Source: Octopus vulgaris (lineage: Eukaryota). From it: a DNA stretch of 64,000 nt. The stretch covers positions 96,534,001 through 96,598,000 of the forward strand of contig OX597821.1 in the NCBI GenBank assembly GCA_951406725.2. The letters are read 5' to 3'. The notes beneath the pieces were generated by a model. That model was given only the letters and a program-made list of their open reading frames with translations, ran no database searches and was not told the DNA's origin. Both the position numbers and the translations under genes were made by a program. Below, in pieces: positions 14,301 to 25,318 of this stretch (positions are counted from its first letter, which is position 1; each line of letters opens with the position of its first letter).

Positions 14301-14615
14301 TACAGCTGTTACGACTATTACGACTACAGCAGCTGTTGCCGTTGCTGTTCCTGCTGCTGTTGCTGCTACTATTACTACTTCTACTACAAATACTACTATT
14401 ACTGCCGCTGCTGTCACACAACAGCTCAATACACTGGCTAGAAGTAGCAGCCAAAATTGTCTTCAAATAACACCCTAGCCTATCAAAAATATGGAAAAGC
14501 GTAGGACGTGGTCCTATATTTACTATGCATGCAATGAAAAGGTCAACATAAGGCGGAATGGTCTCGGTTGAACTATTCTTGATCAAGCATGAATTGGAGC
14601 CAATTTCTCTTTTCT

Positions 14616-14890
<275 letters not shown>

Positions 14891-15084
14891 ATAGTCATTC
14901 GTAATCTAGGCACCCGGTCCCTTATTCGAGTGGAGTGTGTTGTGTAGTCGACCAAAATCAATCCTATCAGAATTTGAAACCGGAGCGTAGAGGTTATTGA
15001 CTTGATACCAGAAGGTACTTTATTCAGCGATCAATGCATTCTCACATCTATTGCGTTCTTTGTTTAATAATCGTGACGGTAAGC

Positions 15085-15486
15085 GGGTATGGACGTGCAG
15101 TTAAGAGGCTCGCTTTACAAACATGTGCTTATGGATTCAGTCCCAATGCGCACCACCGTGGGCAAGTGTCCCCCACTATGGCACAGGGTTGACCAATGTA
15201 AGTGAATTTGGTTTATAGTAACCATGTGAAAGCCTGGTCTGTATGTGTGTGTGTGTAGATATGTACTTGTTTCAGTCATTCGACTGCGGCCATGCCAGGG
15301 CACCGCTTTGAAGGGCTTTAAGTCAACCAAATTGACACAAGGACTTATTTTTGAAACCTACTACTTATTCTATCGGTCTGTTTTACCGAACCGCTAATTA
15401 CGTAAACACACCACCACCAGTTGCCAAGTGGTGGCGGGGGAAAACACAGACACAGAAACACATAGATACACACACACACACATACA

Positions 15487-15562
<76 letters not shown>

Positions 15563-15720
15563 CGACGGGCTTCTTTCAGTTTCCGGCAGCCATATCTACT
15601 CACAAGGCTTTGATTGTCCCGAAAGCTATAGTAGGAGACACTTGATCAAGGTGCCACGCAGTGGGACTGAACCTGGAACTATGTGGTTGAGAAGCAAGCT
15701 TCTTAACACAACATCTATGT
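15085..15720. mobile_element. Two SINE family B copies in opposite orientation (+ 15085-15240; - 15264-15720)
   Basis: ttcagtcccaatgcgcaccaccgtgggcaagtgtc on plus; gacacttgatcaaggtgccacgcagtgggactgaac (reverse complement) in the second copy. Confidence 0.75.
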
Positions 15721-16054
15721 AGTAGATATATAAAAAGGACAAATTAACTCATTTCTTCATTGATTGAATAAATAATGAACAGCCTTAATCGATTTTCGAT
15801 TCTCATTGAATTCTCATCAGAGGTGTCTGCATCAGTTTGTCTAATACCAGACAATCTGTTTAAATACTCAATAAATCCAGTAGTTCTGTGTGTGTATTCT
15901 GCCTCAGCCACTTTACATTTATAGCCGGTGTTGGTTTGCTTAAATCCTCGTAGAATAAGTACCGGACTTAAAAGTGAATACTAGGGTTGATCTGTGCAAA
16001 TAATACAGTGCCACTGAAATAAGCAACAGATGAAAGACAATCATAATAATGATT

Positions 16055-16470
16055 GTAAATTTTGGTGTAAGGTCAGCAATTTTGGAGGAGAAGATTAATC
16101 GATTACATCAGTGCCAGGGGTCAACTAGTACTCATTTTATCACTCCCGGAAGGATGAAAGGTAAAGTCGACCTCGCTAAACATTTCGCCTGGTGTGCTAA
16201 CGTTTCTGCCAGCTCGCTGCCTTAAAAATAATTCTGATACTATACAGGATGGTTTCTAACAAGTCACAAAGTCATAAATTTAAAACAAGGCTAAATTGAT
16301 TAAATCGAACAGGAGTTTCATGACTGCTACGTTATTTTATTTATTACGGAAGGAGAAAAGTCAAGAGTGACCTCAGCGGGATTTGAATTCACAATGTAAA
16401 ACATCAAACAAAATCCTACAAGATATTTTACTCGAACAATCTAATAATTCTACCAATCCGTTACTCTTAG
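16055..16470 (-). mobile_element. SINE family A copies (degenerate pair)
   Basis: gaaggatgaaaggtaaagtcgacctcg and gctaacgtttctgccagctcgctgcc; second, more decayed copy ends ~16470. Confidence 0.7.
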
Positions 16471-16563
16471 GACTATTTAATTTTCTTTATTTGCCACCGA
16501 GGGCGTCGGATGAAATGAACGTTACAAAAGCGGGTCCCATATATTGTTGCGATTTATATAACA

Positions 16564-16956
16564 CTAGCAGTATCGCCCGGCGTTGCTCGGGTTTGTAAGG
16601 GAAATAACTATATAAGCATTTTTAGAGAGTTATAGCCAAAATATATAAAAAAAATGCATTAAAAATGGAAAAAAAAATGATGGTAAATTTTTTTTAAATC
16701 GTTGACTCATCGTAGACATTTTAGAGAGTTACTTCCCTTATATAATAGCGAAAAATGCATTAAAATGGAAAAAATTATGGTAAATTATTTTTAAAATCGT
16801 AGACTCACTGTAGACGCGCGCTAATACCCAGAAGGGCTCGATATGAATCACGACTATAAGATACCCGGTTTTGGTTAAACTGCACCACAAAATGTGGGAG
16901 TAGTTAGGAACCTAAACGGTAGGAGACAGACACACAACCTCACTTTTATATATAGG
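16564..16956 (-). mobile_element. Non-autonomous Helitron (~393 bp)
   Basis: Minus-strand 3' end cccgagcaacgccgggcgatactgCTAG|t (GC hairpin plus CTAG); 5' end a|CCTATATATAAAA (TC-type start with one change); sits between A and T with no TSD; internal ~100-bp direct duplication. Confidence 0.8.
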
Positions 16957-17129
16957 TGAGGAAGAAAAACGGAAAGGAAAGAAAGAGAGGGAATGAGATA
17001 ATAAATTTACATAGCATCCAAATGAATAATACTTTCCTCCTGAAACAGGATTTTGTTTCATCTAAGATCATTCTGACCATCAAGAGCAAGACGTACAGAC
17101 ACATGCTTAGAATGGTTCATTCAGTCAAA

Positions 17130-17600
17130 CCATGTTCGCCATAGCCAAGTCTTTTGTCAAATTCGTATTTCTCTCTCTAATCGCCAAAGCCACCAGAGAA
17201 GAGAGAAAACAATCTCCCTACTCTGTTCGATTAATAAAAGGCAGCGTGGTCATCTTTATTCTACACTCGTACCTTAGCCAGATCAGTCCTTGGTTCTTCA
17301 CTAGCACATGCAGAAGACACATCACTATGCGCACACATTGGGTAGTCTTTCCTGATGCCACTTACGTACCTGTACAGTTTATCTCGAACCAGAAGAAGCT
17401 TTTGATAGCACTGTCAGTCTAAGGATTTTAAGGAGTTATCGATGTTTTTCGCCCTGACCATTGAATAGATACTGCTGAGCCCAATTGTGGTTCAGCTTCT
17501 GAAAACAGTTTTGAAACCGATTGCTTCAGAAAGACTTCCAAATAGCGATCGTTAAACCTCTCAAAAGCTTCCGACTGATCCAAATCGGTTAGGGCCCTAA
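17130..17600 (-). pseudogene. Decayed L1/Tx1-like reverse transcriptase fragment
   Basis: Minus strand reads ALTDLDQSEAFERFNDRYLEV, resembling HLDQSKAFDRVDH in the element at 63.9 kb; many stops downstream. Confidence 0.55.
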
Positions 17601-18344
17601 AAACGAATGCGGTGGGTCAATCACTTTTAATTATTGTGTAAAAAGGAAAAGTGAATATATACAAATAGTATAAACATGTAATAAATAAGCCATGTTGGCT
17701 TATTTATTACATAGCGACAGCATACAGAAGAATTTCAAATGACAGACATTTACATAGAGTGATAATACAGTGTTACCACATGTTAAACTAAGAGTATTCA
17801 GAAAATGTGCGATCTTGCCTCGTGTAAATGTCATGCAGATACCGACGGACACTATTTCGTAAACTGGGTTCCAGAACAGATAGGCAGAGAAGGATGTGGG
17901 GTGCTCTGTCTCGACTCTACTCATTTATGTGAAGGGAAGAAACTATTTTTTTTTATTTTGCTTTTTACTACATACACTTTTAAAAGGCCTGTATGATTTA
18001 ACCCAGTCATTTGAGGAAAGTTTTTTTCCCAGACGTCGGAGGTCGTTCTTGTAACTTTTGTTTTGCTGATAATTAGAAAGCCCCACCCCCAATGCCTCTA
18101 TCTAAACGAATAAAGGTAATTTATTTTCTCCTCGTTGCCTAATAATGAGAAAGCATGGCATGTCATTTGCTTACATAACTTTGCCATAATGTCGAACACG
18201 AATAATGGATTATTGCCTCACGAGCACCTCAATTCGATAATGCTTGTGCTTATATTATGATTATCGAAAATGTAGTCCGTACATTTTTAATGTAATTATA
18301 TCAATATTTTTCCCATTCTGATCTTGTGACAAAAACCAAAACTT

Positions 18345-18757
18345 TACTCTCTCTTTTCTCTTTTACTTGTTTCAGTCATTTGACTGTGGCCAGGCTGGAG
18401 CACCGCCTTTTAGTCGAGCAAATCGACCCCGGGACTTATTCTTTGTAAGCCCAGTACTTATTCTATCGGTCTCTTTTGCCGAACCGCTAGTGACGGGGAC
18501 GTAAACACACCAGCATCGGTTGTCAAGCAATGCTAGGGGGACAAACACAGACACACAAACATATACACACACATACATATATATATGTATACATATATAC
18601 GACAGGCTTCTTTCAGTTTCCGTCTACCAAATCCACTCACAAGGCTTTGGTCGGCCCGGGGCTATAGCAGAAGACACTTGCCCAAGATGCCACGCAGTGG
18701 GACTGAACCCGGAACCATGTGGTTGGTAAGCAAGCTACTTACCACACAGCCACTCCT
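18345..18757 (-). mobile_element. SINE family B, full length
   Basis: Head gagtggctgtgtggtaagtagcttgc, cttgggcaagtgtcttc core, central (TA)/(TG) microsatellite, 3' module ending cagtcaaatgactgaaacaagtaaaagag. Confidence 0.9.
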
Positions 18758-19289
18758 GCTCCTTTATTCATTTATTTTGTGGAAACGGTTTGCTTTTTCA
18801 GTATTCTTTTAATGTCGCGGGGCGTATCTTTTCTGTTATTGTTGAAGGCACTAATACATACAACAAATGTCCAAAGAAATATAAAATTAAAATAAAAACC
18901 AACCTTCTCGTTTATTTTGGTTAAAATCAGAACTCCAAGCTCGCTCATGGTATCCTGCTTAGTATATTCTAAGTGAAGAGAAAATTTTCATCTTCTCAGT
19001 TAACGTTAAAATATACAAATTCTTCAGGAAATGAAGAATCGCTAAGAAAGACATCACAATAGGCCCGCCGCGAATAATAATGAAGATAATATTTTATTCT
19101 ATTTCAGGCACAATGTCACAAATTTCACCAAGACATATAGCCGAATATGTCGACTCTAGTATTGGAATACCACTTTATCTTTTTTTATTATGAATTTTTT
19201 TTAGTGTATTTAATCTAGTGGAAGCCACTTGACACCTGTAGTGAATAAATGCTGAGAAGTGTTCTGACTGGATAAAACGTGTACACATG

Positions 19290-19532
19290 AGTGCTCCATT
19301 CTATTAAGTATGAAATTTATTATGATAGTCTTCTTTGTAAAATGTGTGCAGTATCCATTAGGTTATTTTTTTTTCTTTTTAGTATTTCTTTGAAGAATGG
19401 TTTTCCTGGAATCATGTCATTGAATTTTTCGGCTCCTTTCTTTATTACCCCAGGTACCACTATGAAAACGGATGTCGTCGTTTTCATTTGCCACGTTTTG
19501 AGAATCTCCATACTTAGATCTTTGCATCTTTG
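19290..19532 (-). pseudogene. 3' end fossil of an R4/Dong-like LINE
   Basis: KCKDLSMEILKTWQMKTT...GVIKKG...LMDTAHILQRRLS aligns by eye with KYKDLLIEIEKMWHLK...GMIKKG...LTGTSHVLRRALS of 24052-24645. Confidence 0.7.
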
Positions 19533-19534
19533 TA

Positions 19535-20573
19535 TTGGGTTGGCAACTAAGTTCCCGCCGATTTTTAAATTTTTGAATCTATTATTTTCGAGAATTCTAT
19601 TTTTGGATCATTTTGGAATCTATTATTTTTTCTAGTTAATTTTAGTTAATTTTTGATTATTTTCAGATCATCAAAATGGAATGTCAAGTTAAGAAAAACG
19701 AGCATTTTCGATACCTCCTTCTTTTTGATTTTAATCAAGGTCTAAGGCCGCAAAAGCTGCTCGCGACATTTGTGCTCTGTATGGAGAGAGTGCCATAGCT
19801 GAAAGAACCGCTCGTGATTGGTATGCCAAGTTCAAAAATGGAAATGTTGACCTAAAAGACACACCTCATTCTGGCCGTCCAGTTGAGTTCGATGAAGAGC
19901 GATTAAACCAACTTTTGCACGAAACTTCTCGTCAAACGACAAGGGAACTGTCAGAGAAAATGGAATGCTCCTACACTGCTATAGGGAAGCATCTTCAATC
20001 GATGGGAAAGGTTCAGACGTATGGAGCATGGGTTCCGCATGCTTTAGGTGACAACAGCAAAAATCAATAAGCCACAATCTCCGCTGGTTTTCTTGCTCGT
20101 CACCGCTCAACTCATGGACACAAGCAACGATTTCTTTACCGAATCGTTACTGGTGACGAATAATGGTGCCTGTACATCAATATGAATGGCTTAGCCTCCG
20201 TAAACACGTGACACCGCGCGTGAAACAAGATTTTCATCCGCGTAAAACGATGTTGTGCGTATGGTGGGACTGGGAAGGGATTATCCATTACGAATTGCTT
20301 GAACGGAACCAAACGGTCAACGCGGAACTCTATGTTCAACAGATGGAACGACTCAGCACGCCTATTCAAAAGAAAAGACCTAATCGGCAGCATGGAGTTC
20401 TTCTGCTGCACGACAACGCCTGCCCTCATATCGCCAATATGACCAAGGACGCCATTCAAAAGCATGGCTGGGAAGTGCTGCCACACCCGCCGTACTCTCC
20501 TGATTTGGCACCAACGGATTTCCACCTCTTTCGATCTCTTTCAAATGTTATGCACGGAATTTCATTTAACACT
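19535..20573 (+). mobile_element. Mariner (DD34D) DNA transposon, inactive and 3'-truncated; transposase pseudogene from 19676
   Basis: TA followed by TIR TTGGGTTGGCAACTAAGTTCCCGCCGATTT; transposase MECQVKKNEHFRYLLLF, HTH region, SGRP, WVPHAL, TGDE*W, LHDNACPH, HPPYSPDLAPTDFHLFRSL with frameshifts and stops; no right TIR. Confidence 0.93.
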
Positions 20574-20686
20574 GTAATCGACTATCCCTCTCTCCCAAAT
20601 TTCGGGCCTTGTGCCTATAACAGAAAGGATTATCATCATCATCATTATTATTATTGTTCTTATTGTTATTATTATTATTATTATTG

Positions 20687-21650
20687 AGGCGGCGAGCTGG
20701 CAGAACCGTTAGCATTCTGAGCAAAAATGCTTAGCGGCATTTCGTTTGTTTTTACGTTCTGAGTTCAAATTCCACCGAGGTCGACTTTCCCTTTAATCTT
20801 TTCAGTGTAGATAAATTAAGTACCAGTGAAACAGTGGAGTCAATGTAGTCGATTAGTTCCTTCCCTTGTACCTGGCCAATGTTCACATTGCAACGTTTAT
20901 TTATTTGTTTTACAAGATACCTGATGTGAAATCGTGTTTACACAGATATTGTTATATTTGGGGATGGTCATATCTTTTGCCAATTAATCACACGCACTTA
21001 TTGTGATTATTATCATATTTGACAGAAGGCGGCGAGCGGCAGAAACGTTAGCACGCCTGGCGAAATGGTTAGCCGTATTTCATCAGCCGGTACGTTCTGA
21101 GTTCAAATTCCGCCGAGAGCGACTTTCATCCTTTCGGAGTCGATAAATCAAGTACCAGTTACGCATTGGGGTCGATGTAATCGACTTAATCCCTATGTCT
21201 GTCGTTGTTTTTCCCCTCTACGTATAGCACTTTGTGGCAATAAAGAAATAAGAAACGTTAGCACGCCGGGTGAAATGCTTAGCTGTATTTCGTCTGTCTT
21301 TATGTTCTGGGTTCGAAATCCGCCGAGGTCGACTTTGCCTTTCATCCTTTCGGGATCGATAAATTATATACCAGTTGCGTACTGGTGTCGATCCAATCGA
21401 CTGGCCCCCTCCCCCAAAATTTCGGGCCTTGCGCCTAGAGCAGAAAAGAATTGTTAGAATTCCGGGCAAAATGCTTAGCGGCATTTCGTTCGTCTTTACG
21501 TTCTGAGTTCAAACCGCCGAGGTCGACTTTGCCTTTCACCCTTTCTGGGTCGATAATTTAAGTACCAATGAAACACTGGGGTCGATGTAATCGACTCGAC
21601 CTCTTCCCCCAAAATTGCAAGCTTTGTGCCTGTAACAGAAACGATTATTA
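20687..21650 (+). mobile_element. Cluster of SINE family A copies (one at 20687-20870, tandem trimer at 21027-21650)
   Basis: Repeated ggcggcgagctggcagaa / gttagcacgccggg / cgccgaggtcgactttgcctttcatcctttcggg units. Confidence 0.9.
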
Positions 21651-21699
21651 TATTTGACATTCTGGGCATGTTACTGGAGGTTTCATTAATGTACAAGCC

Positions 21700-22330
21700 C
21701 AGGTGGTATTTATGTACAACTAAGAGAGTATTGTCATTCTCAAGTCATGAGGATTTTGCTGAGACTCCTGGCACTGCCAAGTAAATGCTACTCTCTCGAT
21801 ATGATCTATTACAATTTTTATGCCTATCTTATCTAACCACTTTTTAATTACTTTGCTACCCTTAACTAAGACACCATCAAATACTGGCACTATGTACACT
21901 TTTTTTCATTGATCATAACTTTTTGATTTCCCTCTTCAGTACTTCATACCTCGTAAGTTTTTCTATTTCATTTCCAATGATTCTGCTGTCCTCTGGGAGC
22001 CCTATGTCTATAATCAGTCGCGATTTTCACTCTTGTCTACCCGAACAACATCGTGTATCCTTGATCATACTGGATCATAAAATCCCAAGATATCTCAGCT
22101 CTGTCATTTTCTCCCAGACACTTTGGCTCATGTTCGTACCATTTTTTCCGCTTTTTATGATTCAAACTTTTTTACTTAATTCTCAGTGAATCGTTCTGTC
22201 GACAATGTTATGTCGTCACGTGTATTCTCTCTGGATGAATTCATCACATTTGCTTAAAATATGCCGTGTCACCAACTCAGCACATATTCTGCTATTGTCA
22301 GATTCTAAGAAACGATCGATTCTATGCATG
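21700..22330 (-). pseudogene. Old R4/Dong-like LINE fossil (zinc-knuckle/RLE region)
   Basis: Minus strand reads HILSKC..QREYT*RH..., KWYEHEPK, ISWDFMIQ, LIIDIGSP, EIKKL*SMKKV, a decayed version of the C-terminus at 24052-24645. Confidence 0.7.
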
Positions 22331-22386
22331 GTATTCCTCCTCCTCCTCCTCCTCCTCCTCATCATCATCATCATCATCATCATCAT

Positions 22387-22424
<38 letters not shown>

Positions 22425-22558
22425 TCCTCTGGCCCTTTGTGTTCAAATTCCACCGTCTTTCATCCTTTCTGGGTCGATGAAAAAAGCATCAGTTGAGCAC
22501 TGGTGTCGATGCAATCGGCTATCCCCGCCCCTTATAATTGATGGGCTTGTTAAACCAT

Positions 22559-22694
<136 letters not shown>

Positions 22695-22704
22695 GTTATT
22701 ATTG

Positions 22705-23575
22705 AGTTAGAGAGCTGTGCATGGTATCAAGATGACACAGAGGTGCAAACATTCAAATCCCAATATACCCATCATGACTATCCGTCTGATGAGGGTACCC
22801 CAGGCTCATGCATCGCAACCATATGTACGTGACATGGTGATCACATTTCAATATAAACAACGCAAGACCTTGCAGGTGAGACCCGGTTAAAATTTTCTTC
22901 AGGCTGAGTAGCCCATCCCGCTCAAAAGGTCCCTGAATACGGGTTGTTTGAGTATGTTGAACGAAATACACATGTTTCCAAAGGTGAATCATTCAAACCC
23001 CAAAGAATTCTTCTCAACACATGACCATGATGCATCCCTACTACTTTTGCTCGTTATCAGAGATGCACATATTTTCAGCTACCAAGAGATATGCTTGACT
23101 AGTTAAGACCAAACAACTGACAAGCAAATCTTTGGTATTGAGTAGAATATTTGCTGTAGCCCATCTTTTATACATTTATTATTATGGGAGGGAGCATCGC
23201 ATGCCATCAAAATGATAGTGGGGTAAAATATACGAAGCCCTGTATACCCATCATGACTACCCATCTGATAAGGGTACACTAGGCACATGTATCACAACAA
23301 TATGTGCGCAACATGGTGGTCTCATATCAAGATAAACAACGCATAACCTTGCATGTGGGACCCAGTTAGAATTTTCTTCCAGTCGAGTGGCCCATCCCGC
23401 TCGAAAGTTCCCTGAATAAGGGTTGTTTGAGGATGTTGAAAGAAATACCATATTTTCAGAGCTGAATTATTCAAACTCCAAAGAATTCCTGTCAACACAT
23501 GGCTATGATGCTCCCCCACTACTTCTGCTCGCTCTCAGAGATGCACATGTCATCAGCAATCAAGGAACATGTTCA
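22705..23575. repeat. Tandem duplication of a ~340-480-bp unclassified repeat, probably a LINE-derived fragment
   Basis: atacccatcatgacta...cccatcccgctc..aa..tccctgaata.gggttgtttgag...agagatgcacat occurs at ~22765 and ~23244; the copies are diverged. Confidence 0.75.
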
Positions 23576-23781
23576 ACTGGCAGAATCGTCGGCACGCCGG
23601 GCAAAATGCTTAGCGGTATTTCTTCCGTCTTTATGTTCTGAGTTCAAATTCTGCCGAGATAGATTTTGCCTCTCATCCTTTCGAGGTCGATAAAGTAAGT
23701 ACCAGTTGCGTACTGGAGTTGATCTAATCGACTAGCCCCCTTCACCCCAAAATTTCAGGCCTTGTGCCTATAGTAGAAAGC
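23575..23781 (+). mobile_element. SINE family A
   Basis: ctggcagaatcgtcggcacgccgggcaaaatgcttagc...ggccttgtgcctatagtagaaag. Confidence 0.85.
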
Positions 23782-23812
23782 ACCATCATCATCATCATTA
23801 TTATTATTATTA

Positions 23813-23874
<62 letters not shown>

Positions 23875-23875
23875 T

Positions 23876-25212
23876 TATTTTTTTCTTCTTTCAAATTTGC
23901 TTCCATTTCTTGCCGAGTGTCTTCCCGACTCCTAGGGCAAAGAAACTCATAGCATACATTGGTAGGCCATTAAACCAAACTCAGTAGTTCGTTCATTTTT
24001 TTTTTATTTTTTTTTTTAAGTTAAATTAAAATACATGAGCAGCAACAGTTCTCACATCGACAATGCTCTTCTCAATACGTGTGATGTACCAGTTAAGACA
24101 ATCTTTTGCACTTCTTGCAGGGATGGTAAGCCAGAGATCATTCTCATATAATTTTCGGTTCCCTTCTTGATCATTCCTAGTGCTCCTACGATCACTGGTA
24201 TTGTAACCGCCTTGAGATGCCACATTTTCTCAATTTCAATGAGTAGGTCTTTATATTTTCTGAGCTTGTCAAACTCTTTCGCTGAGATATTATGATCACA
24301 GGGGATGCTCATGTCGATCAATAAGCAAACTTTATTGTTTTGGTCTTTCACAACAATATCTGGTTTATTGGCCTTGATGGTTCGGTCTGTATGTACTGGA
24401 AAGTCCCACAGAATGGTTACATTTTCTCCTTCAGTTACAGCCTCAGGGTGGTGATTATACCACTTGTCGGCAGTTTTGATATTGTAATGCCGACTTATTA
24501 GCCAGTGGAGATATTGGCCAACTCTGTCATGTCTTAATTTATACTCCACTGGTGCTAAGACTTTACATCCAGAGATTAGGTGGTCCACTGTTTCAATCAT
24601 GTCGTTGCAGAATCGGCATTTTGGGTCTGCTCCATTTTTCATCACATTGGCCTGGTAGTTCCGGGTTAATAGGCTTTGATCTTGAGCAGCCAGGATGAAA
24701 CCTTCGCTCTCTGCTTTTAGCCCTGAGCTCCGTAGCCACTGATGGGTTTGCTTCTGGTCAACATCAGCTTATTTGCTGCGGGTCACATATTTGCCGTGCA
24801 GAGGTTTCTCCTCCCACCTATCAGCCAATTGCTCGTGCGCTTTTTTCATTGCCATCATTTTCACCTTCTTTGCAACAATAGTTGCCGTACTTCCCTCGGG
24901 TTGTTCAGTTTGGGTATCCTGCACGAGATCAATAGCAAATTTTTTGCTTTCCTTTATGATAGAATGAAGCTTCTTTCGTCTCTCGTGATTTTCCACGAGC
25001 TTTAGCATCCAGTCATTCGATATTTCGAGATATTTGGCCAGTCCAATTGTGGTTGTTTTGTAAGCTAGTTCAAATTGGATCAGGCCTCGACCTCCTTGGG
25101 CTCTGGGAAGGTAAAGGCGATCTACGTCTGCCTTTGGGTGGTGCATCCTATTACAACTCAGCAGCTTGCGTATTTTTCTATCTATATTCTTTACTTCACT
25201 CATATTCCAGTT
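23876..25212 (-). mobile_element. R4/Dong-like non-LTR retrotransposon (restriction-like endonuclease), 5'-truncated young copy
   Basis: ORFs 24769-25203 and 24052-24645 are in the same frame, broken by one TAA; RLYLPRAQGGRGL, CRFC...HLISGC zinc knuckle, RHD, KPDIVV, LLIDMSIP, KYKDL; flanked on both sides by (TAA)n. Confidence 0.93.
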
Positions 25213-25236
25213 TTATTATTATTATTATTATTATTA

Positions 25237-25309
<73 letters not shown>

Positions 25310-25318
25310 CATTATTAT

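Noticed and set aside
16564-20573. Fanzor/TnpB-type RNA-guided nuclease carried by the Helitron or mariner
   Set aside because: No RuvC or zinc-finger ORF in or beside these elements, or anywhere in the ORF track
20163-20687. Domesticated SETMAR-like or intact transposase gene
   Set aside because: Stops and frameshifts around the catalytic TGDE motif, a truncated C-terminus and no SET domain
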